DNA of 11,064 nt. Origin: a virus. The notes beneath the pieces were generated by a model. The model had not been told where the DNA came from. It saw only the letters and a list, made by a program, of their open reading frames with translations, and ran no database searches. The first letter of the stretch is position 1, and every line of letters begins with the position of its first letter. The position numbers and the translations under genes were made by a program. The stretch lies in UHGV virus genome UHGV-1652352; one strand, given 5' to 3'. Shown in pieces: positions 1 to 6,440 of the stretch.

Positions 1-92
1 ATCCAGTGGTCATAGCAGTCGCTGATGTTCTCGGCTTCGATAACTCTGTTGAATGGTTCTCCATTCCATTCACCTGTAACTCGGAAGTGCAT
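1..92 (-). CDS. hypothetical protein, 5' part only (runs off the window start)
   Basis: Minus-strand ATG at 92..90 opens a frame (MHFRVTGEWNGEPFNRVIEAENISDCYDHW...) that continues to position 1. No clear SD. It overlaps plus-strand track ORF 25..360, which I judge spurious. Confidence 0.2.
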   Translation of the reverse strand, partial: MHFRVTGEWNGEPFNRVIEAENISDCYDHW

Positions 93-103
93 TTATCATC
101 GCC

Positions 104-130
104 ATAAAACAAAACTCGCCGTAGCGAGTT
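104..130 (-). terminator. candidate intrinsic terminator downstream of the ASCH-like gene
   Basis: On the minus strand: 7-bp stem AACTCGC / GCGAGTT with 4-nt loop (113..130), followed by a U-rich run TTTTGTTTTAT (RC of 104..114). Confidence 0.35.
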
Positions 131-164
131 CAGATAAAAGAAATCCCCGCGAGTGCGAGGATTG

Positions 165-449
165 TTATTCATTGCCGATATTCACTTTTATCGCGAACAC
201 CTTTACCGGTTTATCACCGAAGTGCGGATGTGTGATTGTCTTGATTTCATATCCGTCATACGGGACGTCAATTCTGCGGCTGGAATCGTCGCGCTTCGGA
301 TATCCCTTTGTGATAATCAGGCGGTCATATTCCCGGAACATAATTCGCTTATTCCAGTAGTCATTACACAGGCGATACTCTTCCGTTTTCTCTCCGCGAA
401 TCATGGCATCGAAGTATTCACCTTTGACAGCAAGTTGCAGGTTAGCCAC
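165..449 (-). CDS. ASCH-domain-like protein (94 aa)
   Basis: Track ORF 165..449. GTG start at 449..447 preceded by GGAGG with a 6-nt spacer. Contains a GxKxxExR motif (RGEKTEEYR) typical of ASCH domains. Its start overlaps the stop of the upstream Ea22-like gene. Confidence 0.55.
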   Translation of the reverse strand: MANLQLAVKGEYFDAMIRGEKTEEYRLCNDYWNKRIMFREYDRLIITKGYPKRDDSSRRIDVPYDGYEIKTITHPHFGDKPVKVFAIKVNIGNE

Positions 450-1239
450 GGTTAACCTCCAGTTGTGGTGCTGCTTCTATAGCAGCCCTGTAACCAGCAG
501 CATGACCGCGAAAGTTAGCAATCTCTGATAGCCACGCTTTAATCATGGCCTGAGTTGGCTCCTTCGGCACCATAACCCAACCATCCGGAGTTACCGGAGA
601 GTTGCCAGCCTGAACAGTAGGCATATCAGGACCTTTGCGAATCGCCCTGGCAAGATCGATTGGGTCGTCGTACAACCAGTCACCTGTTTGCGGATGATTG
701 GCTTCTGCCAATTGTGCAGCCCACTCCAGGCCGTCTTTGTGTCCTTGAAGATAGTCCAGCGGCAACTCATCATGTTCACTTACAGGTTCGGCCCCATGAA
801 GCATAGCGGCGCGGCATGCGTTCCAGCCTTGAGCCTTAGCTATTGCCACAACTGCATCGGTAAAGAACATTCTCGTGGTATCTGGCTCCGGCATTTCATC
901 CGGCACCGCTTGCTGCGTTAACCGTGGAGCCGTCAGCGACTCCAATTCAGCAATCCGCTTCTCTGCTGCTTCCAGTTCATCAAGTAGCGCCAGCACGGTA
1001 GCTGGACTGGCTGCGGCGATGAATTCAGCATTGGCCTGCTGTTCCATTTGGAAATCTTCATCGAAGCCGCTTTCTGGATGCGCTCCTTCAATTCTGCAAA
1101 TGGGAATATATCCAGCAATTTCACGATGAATTAGCGCATCATCACAATCAAATCGGCTCTCTCCATATTCGAGCGACCACACCCCACACGTTGCTTTTTC
1201 TGCCTTAGCACGCAGTGCCTGATAGTCAATTTCGCTCAC
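442..1239 (-). CDS. Ead/Ea22-like lambdoid early protein (265 aa from the GTG start)
   Basis: Track ORF 442..1260. I place the start at GTG 1239..1237 because AAGGAGG sits 6 nt upstream and the product then begins [16 protein letters not shown], as I recall for Ea22-like proteins. This start overlaps the stop of the upstream small ORF (GTGA). Confidence 0.7.
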   Translation of the reverse strand: MSEIDYQALRAKAEKATCGVWSLEYGESRFDCDDALIHREIAGYIPICRIEGAHPESGFDEDFQMEQQANAEFIAAASPATVLALLDELEAAEKRIAELESLTAPRLTQQAVPDEMPEPDTTRMFFTDAVVAIAKAQGWNACRAAMLHGAEPVSEHDELPLDYLQGHKDGLEWAAQLAEANHPQTGDWLYDDPIDLARAIRKGPDMPTVQAGNSPVTPDGWVMVPKEPTQAMIKAWLSEIANFRGHAAGYRAAIEAAPQLEVNRG

Positions 1240-1403
1240 TGTTTGCCTCCTTTGCGCCACATCGCATTCAGATATTTGTTTTGATTCACTGATGGAAAAG
1301 AATTTCTCTTAAGCAATTCCTCTCTCGATGGCATTGGCTTTACGCGTTGGCGAATAATCATTTCTGCCGGAAGAATGCCGGGATTGTATGCAAGTCCTCT
1401 CAT
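1236..1403 (-). CDS. small hypothetical protein (55 aa)
   Basis: Downstream part of track ORF 1236..1553. Internal ATG at 1403..1401 is preceded by GAGGA with a 7-nt spacer. Its stop overlaps the Ea22-like start. The longer 105-aa version would overlap the 97-aa gene in another frame. Confidence 0.35.
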   Translation of the reverse strand: MRGLAYNPGILPAEMIIRQRVKPMPSREELLKRNSFPSVNQNKYLNAMWRKGGKQ

Positions 1404-1413
1404 GGTAAATTCC

Positions 1414-1707
1414 TCAGTCATTACTGATAGCGCCATAGCGTGATCGATAATTACGCAGGCGCGGGTCAATTTCAGGGAAGTGGGTATATGTGGCTTTGCG
1501 GAACGGTCGGATTGATGTCTGGTAAATTCGCTCGCGTTCTTCTTTCTCTGCAAGCCATATACAATGACGAAATTCCTTTTCCTCTTTCGTTTCCTGCGGT
1601 AGCGACATTATCAGGTCATAGTTTTTTCTGAATTTATCCAGCACCTCCGATACGGAATTGCCGGAACAGCGGCGCGGGTCATCCGCACCATACTGAGGCG
1701 CTGGCAT
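1414..1707 (-). CDS. hypothetical protein (97 aa)
   Basis: Track ORF 1414..1707. ATG at 1707 is preceded by AGGAG with a 6-nt spacer, immediately after the SSB stop. Confidence 0.55.
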   Translation of the reverse strand: MPAPQYGADDPRRCSGNSVSEVLDKFRKNYDLIMSLPQETKEEKEFRHCIWLAEKEERERIYQTSIRPFRKATYTHFPEIDPRLRNYRSRYGAISND

Positions 1708-1720
1708 GATTTTCTCCTGA

Positions 1721-2227
1721 TTAAATTGCGTGAATAGCGTGACGAGGGAAGGGGAGAGTTACTGGTGCAAAGGGTATATCGTCGTCAAAATCCATCGGAG
1801 GTTCGTTGTGTTGTGCTGGTGATGATTGCTGCTGTGGCTTCTGTGATTGCCTGCTGGCTGCTTGTTGTTTGCTGTCGCCAATGCCGCCAAGCATCTGCAT
1901 CACGCCATTAATTCCGACATGAACCTCGGTTGTGTAACGGTCTTGCCCTGACTGGTCTTTCCACTTTCTGGTTCTCAGCATTCCCTCGAAATAAATCTGA
2001 TCACCTTTTTTCACATACTGCCCCACGACCTCAGCCAGTTTCCCGGATACAGCAACACGATGCCATTCAGTCAATTCCTTTTGCTCGCCAGTATTTTTAT
2101 CTCGCCATTGTTCTGACGTGGCTATTGTCAGGTTAGCGAACGCTGTTCCTGATGGTGAGTATCGAACTTCCGGGTCTTGTCCTACCCGACCAAGGATAAT
2201 CACCTTATTTACGCCTCTGCTTGCCAT
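1721..2227 (-). CDS. ssb: single-stranded DNA-binding protein with a C-terminal extension past the DDDIPF tip
   Basis: Track ORF 1721..2227. N-terminus [23 protein letters not shown] and the ...TEWHRV..., ...[11 protein letters not shown]... blocks match the SSB OB-fold. The acidic tail [10 protein letters not shown] is present but followed by 15 more residues ([15 protein letters not shown]) before TAA. Confidence 0.9.
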   Translation of the reverse strand: MASRGVNKVIILGRVGQDPEVRYSPSGTAFANLTIATSEQWRDKNTGEQKELTEWHRVAVSGKLAEVVGQYVKKGDQIYFEGMLRTRKWKDQSGQDRYTTEVHVGINGVMQMLGGIGDSKQQAASRQSQKPQQQSSPAQHNEPPMDFDDDIPFAPVTLPFPRHAIHAI

Positions 2228-2935
2228 TTATGCCGCCTGTTTTAGTTCGTTAACTCTGATGTTCATTATCTGAACGCATTTAGCCTGCGCCTCCTCGTTG
2301 CCAGCCATTAATTGCCAGTCACGCTGATAACGCTCGATGAGTTTTTTCTTGTCAGTTTCTGTTGACGCATAATCGCTGAAGTCTTTCAGGATTTGTTCGC
2401 AGTCAACCGATGGAGATTTCTGGTTGGTATTTTCTGGTGATGGTTTGTTATCTGATGCTGGGATTGCCCATCCCGGAAGCGATGGAGGGAGCCAGTAAAA
2501 TCCTGTTCCATCCTTCAGTTTTGCCCTGTGCCACCCCTGCTTTTTATCGAGAGATGTTTGTGCGAAACCTTCCTCAAGGTTATACAGATACCGACCGATT
2601 CCCCACTGAACGGCAGCGCGCTTCATTGCACCGGAACGACCACCTTTGACGGCTTCTACCTGCGTGTTTTCAGCAGCATCCCATTTGGTTACCCATTCGG
2701 AATCAATCTTTATTGATATGCCGCATTCAACGCCGCCGTTGTTGGGAATATCGCGGTATTCATTGCGCCATCCTGCTTTGCCGCAAACATCGTCCAGGCG
2801 TTTCATGATTGCCCGGTTCGTGACATAAGCCAGCACCATAGCCCACACCTTGCCATCGCGTGTTTTACCGCTTTGCTGTATTCGCCATTCGATATCTTCA
2901 GGGCTGAATGGCTCATCGAATTTGTTCAAATCCAT
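2228..2935 (-). CDS. single-strand annealing protein, Rad52/Sak- or Erf-like recombinase (235 aa)
   Basis: Track ORF 2228..2935. SD GAGGTG 5 nt before the ATG. Sits directly upstream of ssb (stop and start adjacent, TAAATG), the usual annealing-protein + SSB arrangement. Family assignment is from recollection, not a search. Confidence 0.7.
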   Translation of the reverse strand: MDLNKFDEPFSPEDIEWRIQQSGKTRDGKVWAMVLAYVTNRAIMKRLDDVCGKAGWRNEYRDIPNNGGVECGISIKIDSEWVTKWDAAENTQVEAVKGGRSGAMKRAAVQWGIGRYLYNLEEGFAQTSLDKKQGWHRAKLKDGTGFYWLPPSLPGWAIPASDNKPSPENTNQKSPSVDCEQILKDFSDYASTETDKKKLIERYQRDWQLMAGNEEAQAKCVQIMNIRVNELKQAA

Positions 2936-2943
2936 AATTCACC

Positions 2944-3114
2944 TCAGAATGGACAATGCCCAAGGAAATAACGCTGATTTAATACTTCGACTCGGGACAA
3001 ATTAAGGCATACCCGCATTCCTTCGCGGTCACCATTATGGCGATACCAGAGAGCTTTCTGCGTGTACATGCGTCTCTGTAACTTGCTCTCCTTCACTGTG
3101 GTTGCAAGTGACAT
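2944..3114 (-). CDS. small hypothetical ORF (56 aa), alternative to 3035..3193
   Basis: Not in the track (below its length cutoff). ATG 3114..3112 is preceded by AAGGAG with a 6-nt spacer; stop at 2946..2944. Overlaps 3035..3193 by about 80 nt in another frame, so probably only one of the two is real. Confidence 0.3.
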   Translation of the reverse strand: MSLATTVKESKLQRRMYTQKALWYRHNGDREGMRVCLNLSRVEVLNQRYFLGHCPF

Positions 3115-3193
3115 GAATATCTCCTTCGTTACCGATTAATTCTTTCATCTGACGAATGAATTCTTCGTCTGACCAGTTATCTGTAAAACTCAT
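3035..3193 (-). CDS. small hypothetical ORF (52 aa)
   Basis: ATG 3193..3191 overlaps the TGA of the upstream 50-aa ORF (ATGA). Product MSFTDNWSDEEFIRQMKELIGNEGDIHVTCNHSEGEQVTETHVHAESSLVSP. Weak SD (AGGAA immediately adjacent). Confidence 0.3.
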   Translation of the reverse strand: MSFTDNWSDEEFIRQMKELIGNEGDIHVTCNHSEGEQVTETHVHAESSLVSP

Positions 3194-3342
3194 TTCCTGC
3201 GATACCACGGAAGGTTGATAGCTGATTTCATCGCTTTATTTGCTTCAAGCCACATTTTTGAATCACCAATAAATCTGGCTATTACTGCTTTGTTTTGTGC
3301 CGCACGAAGCATCTGGTGATTGATGGCTATTTCATTGCGCAT
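3190..3342 (-). CDS. small hypothetical ORF (50 aa)
   Basis: ATG 3342..3340 is preceded by GGAGG with a 4-nt spacer and overlaps the end of the cIII-like gene. Product MRNEIAINHQMLRAAQNKAVIARFIGDSKMWLEANKAMKSAINLPWYRRK. Confidence 0.4.
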   Translation of the reverse strand: MRNEIAINHQMLRAAQNKAVIARFIGDSKMWLEANKAMKSAINLPWYRRK

Positions 3343-3461
3343 AACGCCTCCAGTTGTTTCTTTGCTGCTCTGATTAATTGTTTAACTCGGCGTGATAATT
3401 CAGATTCGTGCGGGTAGAAAGCGGACATGACGCCGCTACCCGCGAGCTGAAAGTGCATCAT
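3327..3461 (-). CDS. cIII: cIII-like small protein (44 aa), putative FtsH-inhibitor peptide
   Basis: Tandem ATG at 3461..3456 preceded by AAGGAG with a 6-nt spacer. Product MMHFQLAGSGVMSAFYPHESELSRRVKQLIRAAKKQLEALCAMK has the P-x-ES-x-L-x-R...L-R helix pattern I recall from lambda CIII (PSESLLERITRKLRDGW). The longer track ORF (start 3566) would run through a terminator hairpin. Confidence 0.5.
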   Translation of the reverse strand: MMHFQLAGSGVMSAFYPHESELSRRVKQLIRAAKKQLEALCAMK

Positions 3462-3523
3462 GGGTAACTCCTTATATTTGATTGCATAACGAAAACGCCT
3501 CGAGTGAAGCGTTATTGGTATGC

Positions 3524-3551
3524 ATATAAAAAAGCCCTCACACTGGAGGGC
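3524..3551 (-). terminator. candidate intrinsic terminator within the pL operon
   Basis: On the minus strand: GC-rich 6-bp stem GCCCTC / GAGGGC with 6-nt loop (3534..3551), followed directly by TTTTTTATAT (RC of 3524..3533). Confidence 0.5.
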
Positions 3552-3604
3552 AAAGAAGATTTCCAATAATCAGAACAAGTCGGCTCCTGTTTAGTTACGA
3601 GCGA

Positions 3605-3650
3605 CACTGCTCCGTGTATTCACTCGTTGGAATGAATACACAGTGCAGTG
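3605..3650. repeat. 18-bp imperfect inverted repeat with 10-bp spacer
   Basis: Left arm CACTGCTCCGTGTATTCA (3605..3622) versus the reverse complement of the right arm TGAATACACAGTGCAGTG (3633..3650): 16 of 18 positions match. Spacer CTCGTTGGAA. Intergenic, between the 80-aa gene and the cIII-like gene. Confidence 0.45.
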
Positions 3651-3679
3651 TTTATTCTGTTGCTTATTCCAAAGCAAAT

Positions 3680-3922
3680 TTAACCATCAACAAACTCTTC
3701 TGGTAATTTATCAACCAGTTGATGACTTATTATCAGCCATTTGCCATCCTTCGTTTCGTATGCATATTTCTGGTCTTTTATCATCATGTGTTCGGCTACT
3801 GCCCTAACTGCCTGATCGGTGACATCTTCTCTCTTTCCTACCCACATTCCTTTTTCAGTGTTTAATGTTCCTTGAAAAATACGACCGCTTAATGGGCTTG
3901 CGCCCATAGTTTTTACTCTCAT
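3680..3922 (-). CDS. hypothetical early protein (80 aa)
   Basis: Track ORF 3680..3922. Weak SD (GAGAG). Position corresponds to the N-to-cIII accessory slot of lambda (ral/sieB/ea10 region), but I see no sequence resemblance to those. Confidence 0.5.
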   Translation of the reverse strand: MRVKTMGASPLSGRIFQGTLNTEKGMWVGKREDVTDQAVRAVAEHMMIKDQKYAYETKDGKWLIISHQLVDKLPEEFVDG

Positions 3923-3986
3923 GTATCAGCTCTCAAATAAGTGGTTTGCTGCCAAAACAATGAACCATCCGGAAATTCCAGATAGT

Positions 3987-4211
3987 TCATAATTCACTCT
4001 TCAATACTTCCAACTTACTAATCGCCGATAGATATCCGCGCTGATAGGGCATCATCATTCCTTCGAGCTTGCCACTTCTTAACTCCTCCCTGAGCAATTG
4101 TATTGCTTGATCAATAACCTCTGACTTAGCGTCCTTTATGGCTTGCTTGCGGGGCTTTGCTTTCTGCTTTGGCAGATTTCTCAAGCATGATGGAATGTAT
4201 GTCTGATTCAT
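3987..4211 (-). CDS. hypothetical early protein (74 aa)
   Basis: Track ORF 3987..4214. The GTG at 4214 abuts the N stop; the ATG at 4211..4209 with GAGGT 5 nt upstream is the likely start. Confidence 0.5.
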   Translation of the reverse strand: MNQTYIPSCLRNLPKQKAKPRKQAIKDAKSEVIDQAIQLLREELRSGKLEGMMMPYQRGYLSAISKLEVLKSEL

Positions 4212-4214
4212 CAC

Positions 4215-4487
4215 TTACCTCGCTGTCAGTTGTTTTGATTTCCGGTATCCTGCCGCGTAAAGAGCTACGTTTGGCAGGCAAATACTTCCACTGCGTTCAT
4301 CTTCTTCCTTACAGCGAAGGCTTCCGAGTGATGCTGCTTTATCTGCTCTGACGCAACCAGAGAGCTTTAGCGCAATTTTTCGCGCCAGTGCTTCATTACT
4401 GCGTCGCTCGGCAATAAGTTCTGCTCTGCGAGCTTTGTAGCGGCTTTTTGCCGTACCTTTGGATTCTTTCCAGACAATGGTTACCAT
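4215..4487 (-). CDS. N: antitermination protein N-like (P22 gp24-like, 90 aa)
   Basis: Within track ORF 4215..4517; start ATG 4487..4485 with AAGGAG and 6-nt spacer. Arginine-rich N-terminal motif (GTAKSRYKARRAELIAERR) and a C-terminus LPNVALYAAGYRKSKQLTAR that matches my recollection of P22 gp24. Lies downstream of a nut site and candidate pL. Confidence 0.75.
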   Translation of the reverse strand: MVTIVWKESKGTAKSRYKARRAELIAERRSNEALARKIALKLSGCVRADKAASLGSLRCKEEDERSGSICLPNVALYAAGYRKSKQLTAR

Positions 4488-4597
4488 GATGGTCTCCTTT
4501 AAGTGGCTTTGGCGCATGACGCGTCGAGGTGCTTATCTTCTCGATCGCTGTCTTGCAGCTGCAATTCGCGCCATCCCCAAAACCACTCAAGTTCTGG

Positions 4598-4638
4598 TCT
4601 CAACGGTTAGGTTGAGAGTCCGTCGATGTTAAAGAGCC
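4598..4638 (-). promoter_or_regulatory. nutL: nutL-like site (boxA + boxB hairpin)
   Basis: Minus strand reads GGCTCTTTAACA (boxA-like, RC of 4627..4638), 9-nt spacer, then hairpin TCTCAAC-CTAACC-GTTGAGA (4598..4617). Same architecture and same CUAACC loop as the nutR candidate. Confidence 0.6.
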
Positions 4639-4685
4639 TGCCAATCTGTTCCTTGTGGCGTCTCAGCGTCCTGCTGATGGAAATG

Positions 4686-4747
4686 ATAGTCACATATTGT
4701 GATTTAATGGTCAATCACAAAATGTGTAAAATAAAGGTGTGACACGT
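4686..4747 (-). promoter_or_regulatory. candidate pL promoter(s) with oL operator palindromes
   Basis: Operator-like palindromes TCACA-TAT-TGTGA (4690..4702) and TCACA-AAA-TGTGT (4715..4727), plus a GTGTGACACG element (4737..4746). Two candidate leftward sigma-70 promoters overlap them: TTTACA (RC 4725..4730), 17 nt, TTAAAT (RC 4702..4707); or TTGACC (RC 4709..4714), 17 nt, GACTAT. Confidence 0.5.
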
Positions 4748-4963
4748 TATGTGTATGATTTTTTTGTGTAAATAGTTTTACCCGCGATGGTTTTGCTTAC
4801 TTAAGTCGGTGGCAACAGCAGGATGGGTGCTGAAAAGTTCGAAAAACGAGCGAAGGGGGGGTGGCGAGATGGCGGGATATGGGAGTTGTATTAAGAATTA
4901 TAGTAATTTAATCAATAGTTTGGACCGGCGGGCAGGTGCTGTCCTGATAGTGATCGGCGGGCA

Positions 4964-4990
4964 ATAAAAAACCCGGCTCGGTGGCCGGGT
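4964..4990 (-). terminator. intrinsic terminator ending the cI-side cassette
   Basis: Minus strand: stop of the 310-aa gene (4999..4997), then hairpin CCCGGC-CACCGA-GCCGGG (RC of 4972..4989), then TTTTTTATT. Textbook stem plus U-tract. Confidence 0.65.
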
Positions 4991-4996
4991 GAGATA

Positions 4997-5929
4997 TTAA
5001 AGAACCGATTTAACAAGATGGTTTTTACGGTACAGACCTATGCGATCATTGTGAATCTCAGTAGTCTCCACTAAAAGAGAAACAATCTGTCCGACCTTGT
5101 GTTTTTTTTGTATTAAATCTAGCATTTCAATCGGATAGGAAGCCTTTAAATGTTCACCACCAACATCAAGCTCCAGCTTCCCATATTTGGATAGAACGAC
5201 CAGTTCGCCTGTAACCGTTTCAGTAATGGGAGGGGATGAAATGGTTGATGTAAGTCTACTCACCAAGTACTTAATTTTATTGGAGTCAATAGTTGCCACC
5301 TTGGTGCCATTACTAAATGGACCGGTCCAACTTGCATCAAATGTTAAGTTGTGTTTATCGCATTCCTCTACGATTCTCTTAAGGCTTACAGTGGAATTGT
5401 ATCCAATTTCAGCGACGTGATTCATGAAGTTGTTGTCGTCATCGCTTAACAACAAATCGAATATGCCTTTTACAGCCTTGCTGGGTACTGTTTCTACTAA
5501 TTCTGCTATTCCTGTAGAGAAGGTGACGCCCAATTTTGTAGACCCAGGGGATAAATCAGCCAGCCTGAGGTTTAAGGAGCTTTTCACGTCGTAGGGAACT
5601 TTTTTTGAGTCCTTGCCTGAGGCAATTTTGTGTGTTGCTCTTTGTATTAGCGCTGCAAGATTTGTTGAAATAGCCCCAAGCAGCTCTAAAGGAATAGAGC
5701 CAAAGTCAACCTCAGAGCCTTTCAGCCGCAGCTCAAAAAAATCGATAAGTGGGTGCCGACTATCTTGCTTTAATTTTTCGGCCTTCAAATCGCTCAGATG
5801 AGAATCCATGGAGCGATAAAGAAGCATGTCAGCAAAGGACCTGGTTTTGTTTTGCTTCATTGCATCGACTTCTTTTTGAATGAAATCAATGCGTTTATCG
5901 CAATTTTTAAACATTGATTTATCATTCAT
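4997..5929 (-). CDS. hypothetical protein (310 aa), partner of the nucleotidyltransferase-like gene; candidate effector
   Basis: Track ORF 4997..5929. ATG 5929..5927 overlaps the TGA of the upstream gene (ATGA), with GAGGA 7 nt upstream. AT-rich by eye. No Walker motif, transmembrane segment or other motif I can recognise. Confidence 0.8.
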   Translation of the reverse strand: MNDKSMFKNCDKRIDFIQKEVDAMKQNKTRSFADMLLYRSMDSHLSDLKAEKLKQDSRHPLIDFFELRLKGSEVDFGSIPLELLGAISTNLAALIQRATHKIASGKDSKKVPYDVKSSLNLRLADLSPGSTKLGVTFSTGIAELVETVPSKAVKGIFDLLLSDDDNNFMNHVAEIGYNSTVSLKRIVEECDKHNLTFDASWTGPFSNGTKVATIDSNKIKYLVSRLTSTISSPPITETVTGELVVLSKYGKLELDVGGEHLKASYPIEMLDLIQKKHKVGQIVSLLVETTEIHNDRIGLYRKNHLVKSVL

Positions 5930-6405
5930 AAAAAAATCCTCACTAACCCTTTCGGGTTTTCACTGCGATCAAAACCAAACCAACCGCGCCAGTAGCTACG
6001 CCAGTACTCATAATCATAGTTAGGGTCATCTAAATTCTTCATGAGTAGTAGGACATCAATTTTGTAGTTTTGTTTGATGTAGTTTCGGTCAAGCAAATTA
6101 TCGACGCGGCCCCGAAGCATGACAGGTATTGAGTTTATATTGCTATAGTCACATACCAACAAAATATCAATATCATCAGGCTCTGGTTTAGACGTGGTGT
6201 ATGAACCATCAACCCATATTTCTGTAAAACAGCCATATTGAGCAGATAATTCTCGAATAGATTCGAGTAGCTGTATAAAATTACAGTATAGCATGCCTCG
6301 CCTGGATGATGAAGGAAAGCAATCGACACAATACGATTTTAATCCAGCTTCATCCATGTCATGGAACCCTGGCTCAAACAGGGGTGGGTAATTAATTTTA
6401 TCCAT
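5926..6405 (-). CDS. minimal nucleotidyltransferase (Pol-beta fold, MNT-like) domain protein (159 aa)
   Basis: Track ORF 5926..6405. AAGG about 6 nt upstream of ATG 6405. Carries the NTase signature h-G-S-x(9-13)-D-h-D-h: VDGSYTTSKPEPDDIDILLV, close to the GSxARG...SDxDLLV pattern of MNT-type enzymes. Confidence 0.8.
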   Translation of the reverse strand: MDKINYPPLFEPGFHDMDEAGLKSYCVDCFPSSSRRGMLYCNFIQLLESIRELSAQYGCFTEIWVDGSYTTSKPEPDDIDILLVCDYSNINSIPVMLRGRVDNLLDRNYIKQNYKIDVLLLMKNLDDPNYDYEYWRSYWRGWFGFDRSENPKGLVRIFL

Positions 6406-6440
6406 AAAAAACCTTGCTATACATTTGTTTTTTTATTAAA

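Noticed and set aside
25-455. Plus-strand track ORFs 25..360 (111 aa) and 153..455 (100 aa)
   Set aside because: They lie antisense to the minus-strand ASCH-like gene, which has a good SD and a recognisable motif. No SD or functional motif; most likely frame artefacts.
1236-1553. Full 105-aa track ORF
   Set aside because: Its 5' part overlaps the 97-aa gene (1414..1707) in another frame. Only the 3' part from ATG 1403, which has an SD, is retained, and even that at low confidence.
3327-3566. Long 79-aa version of the cIII-like ORF
   Set aside because: The upstream extension runs through the terminator hairpin at 3534..3551 and has no SD, whereas the internal tandem ATG at 3461 has AAGGAG at ideal spacing.
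4396-4590. Minus-strand 64-aa ORF across the N start and leader
   Set aside because: Out of frame with N, overlaps its SD and start, and would lie in the nut-containing leader.
4997-5929. HEPN RNase assignment for the 310-aa protein based on R-x4-H (RSMDSH)
   Set aside because: A single short motif near the N-terminus, in an atypical position for HEPN domains, is not enough. Kept only as a hypothesis to test by structure prediction.
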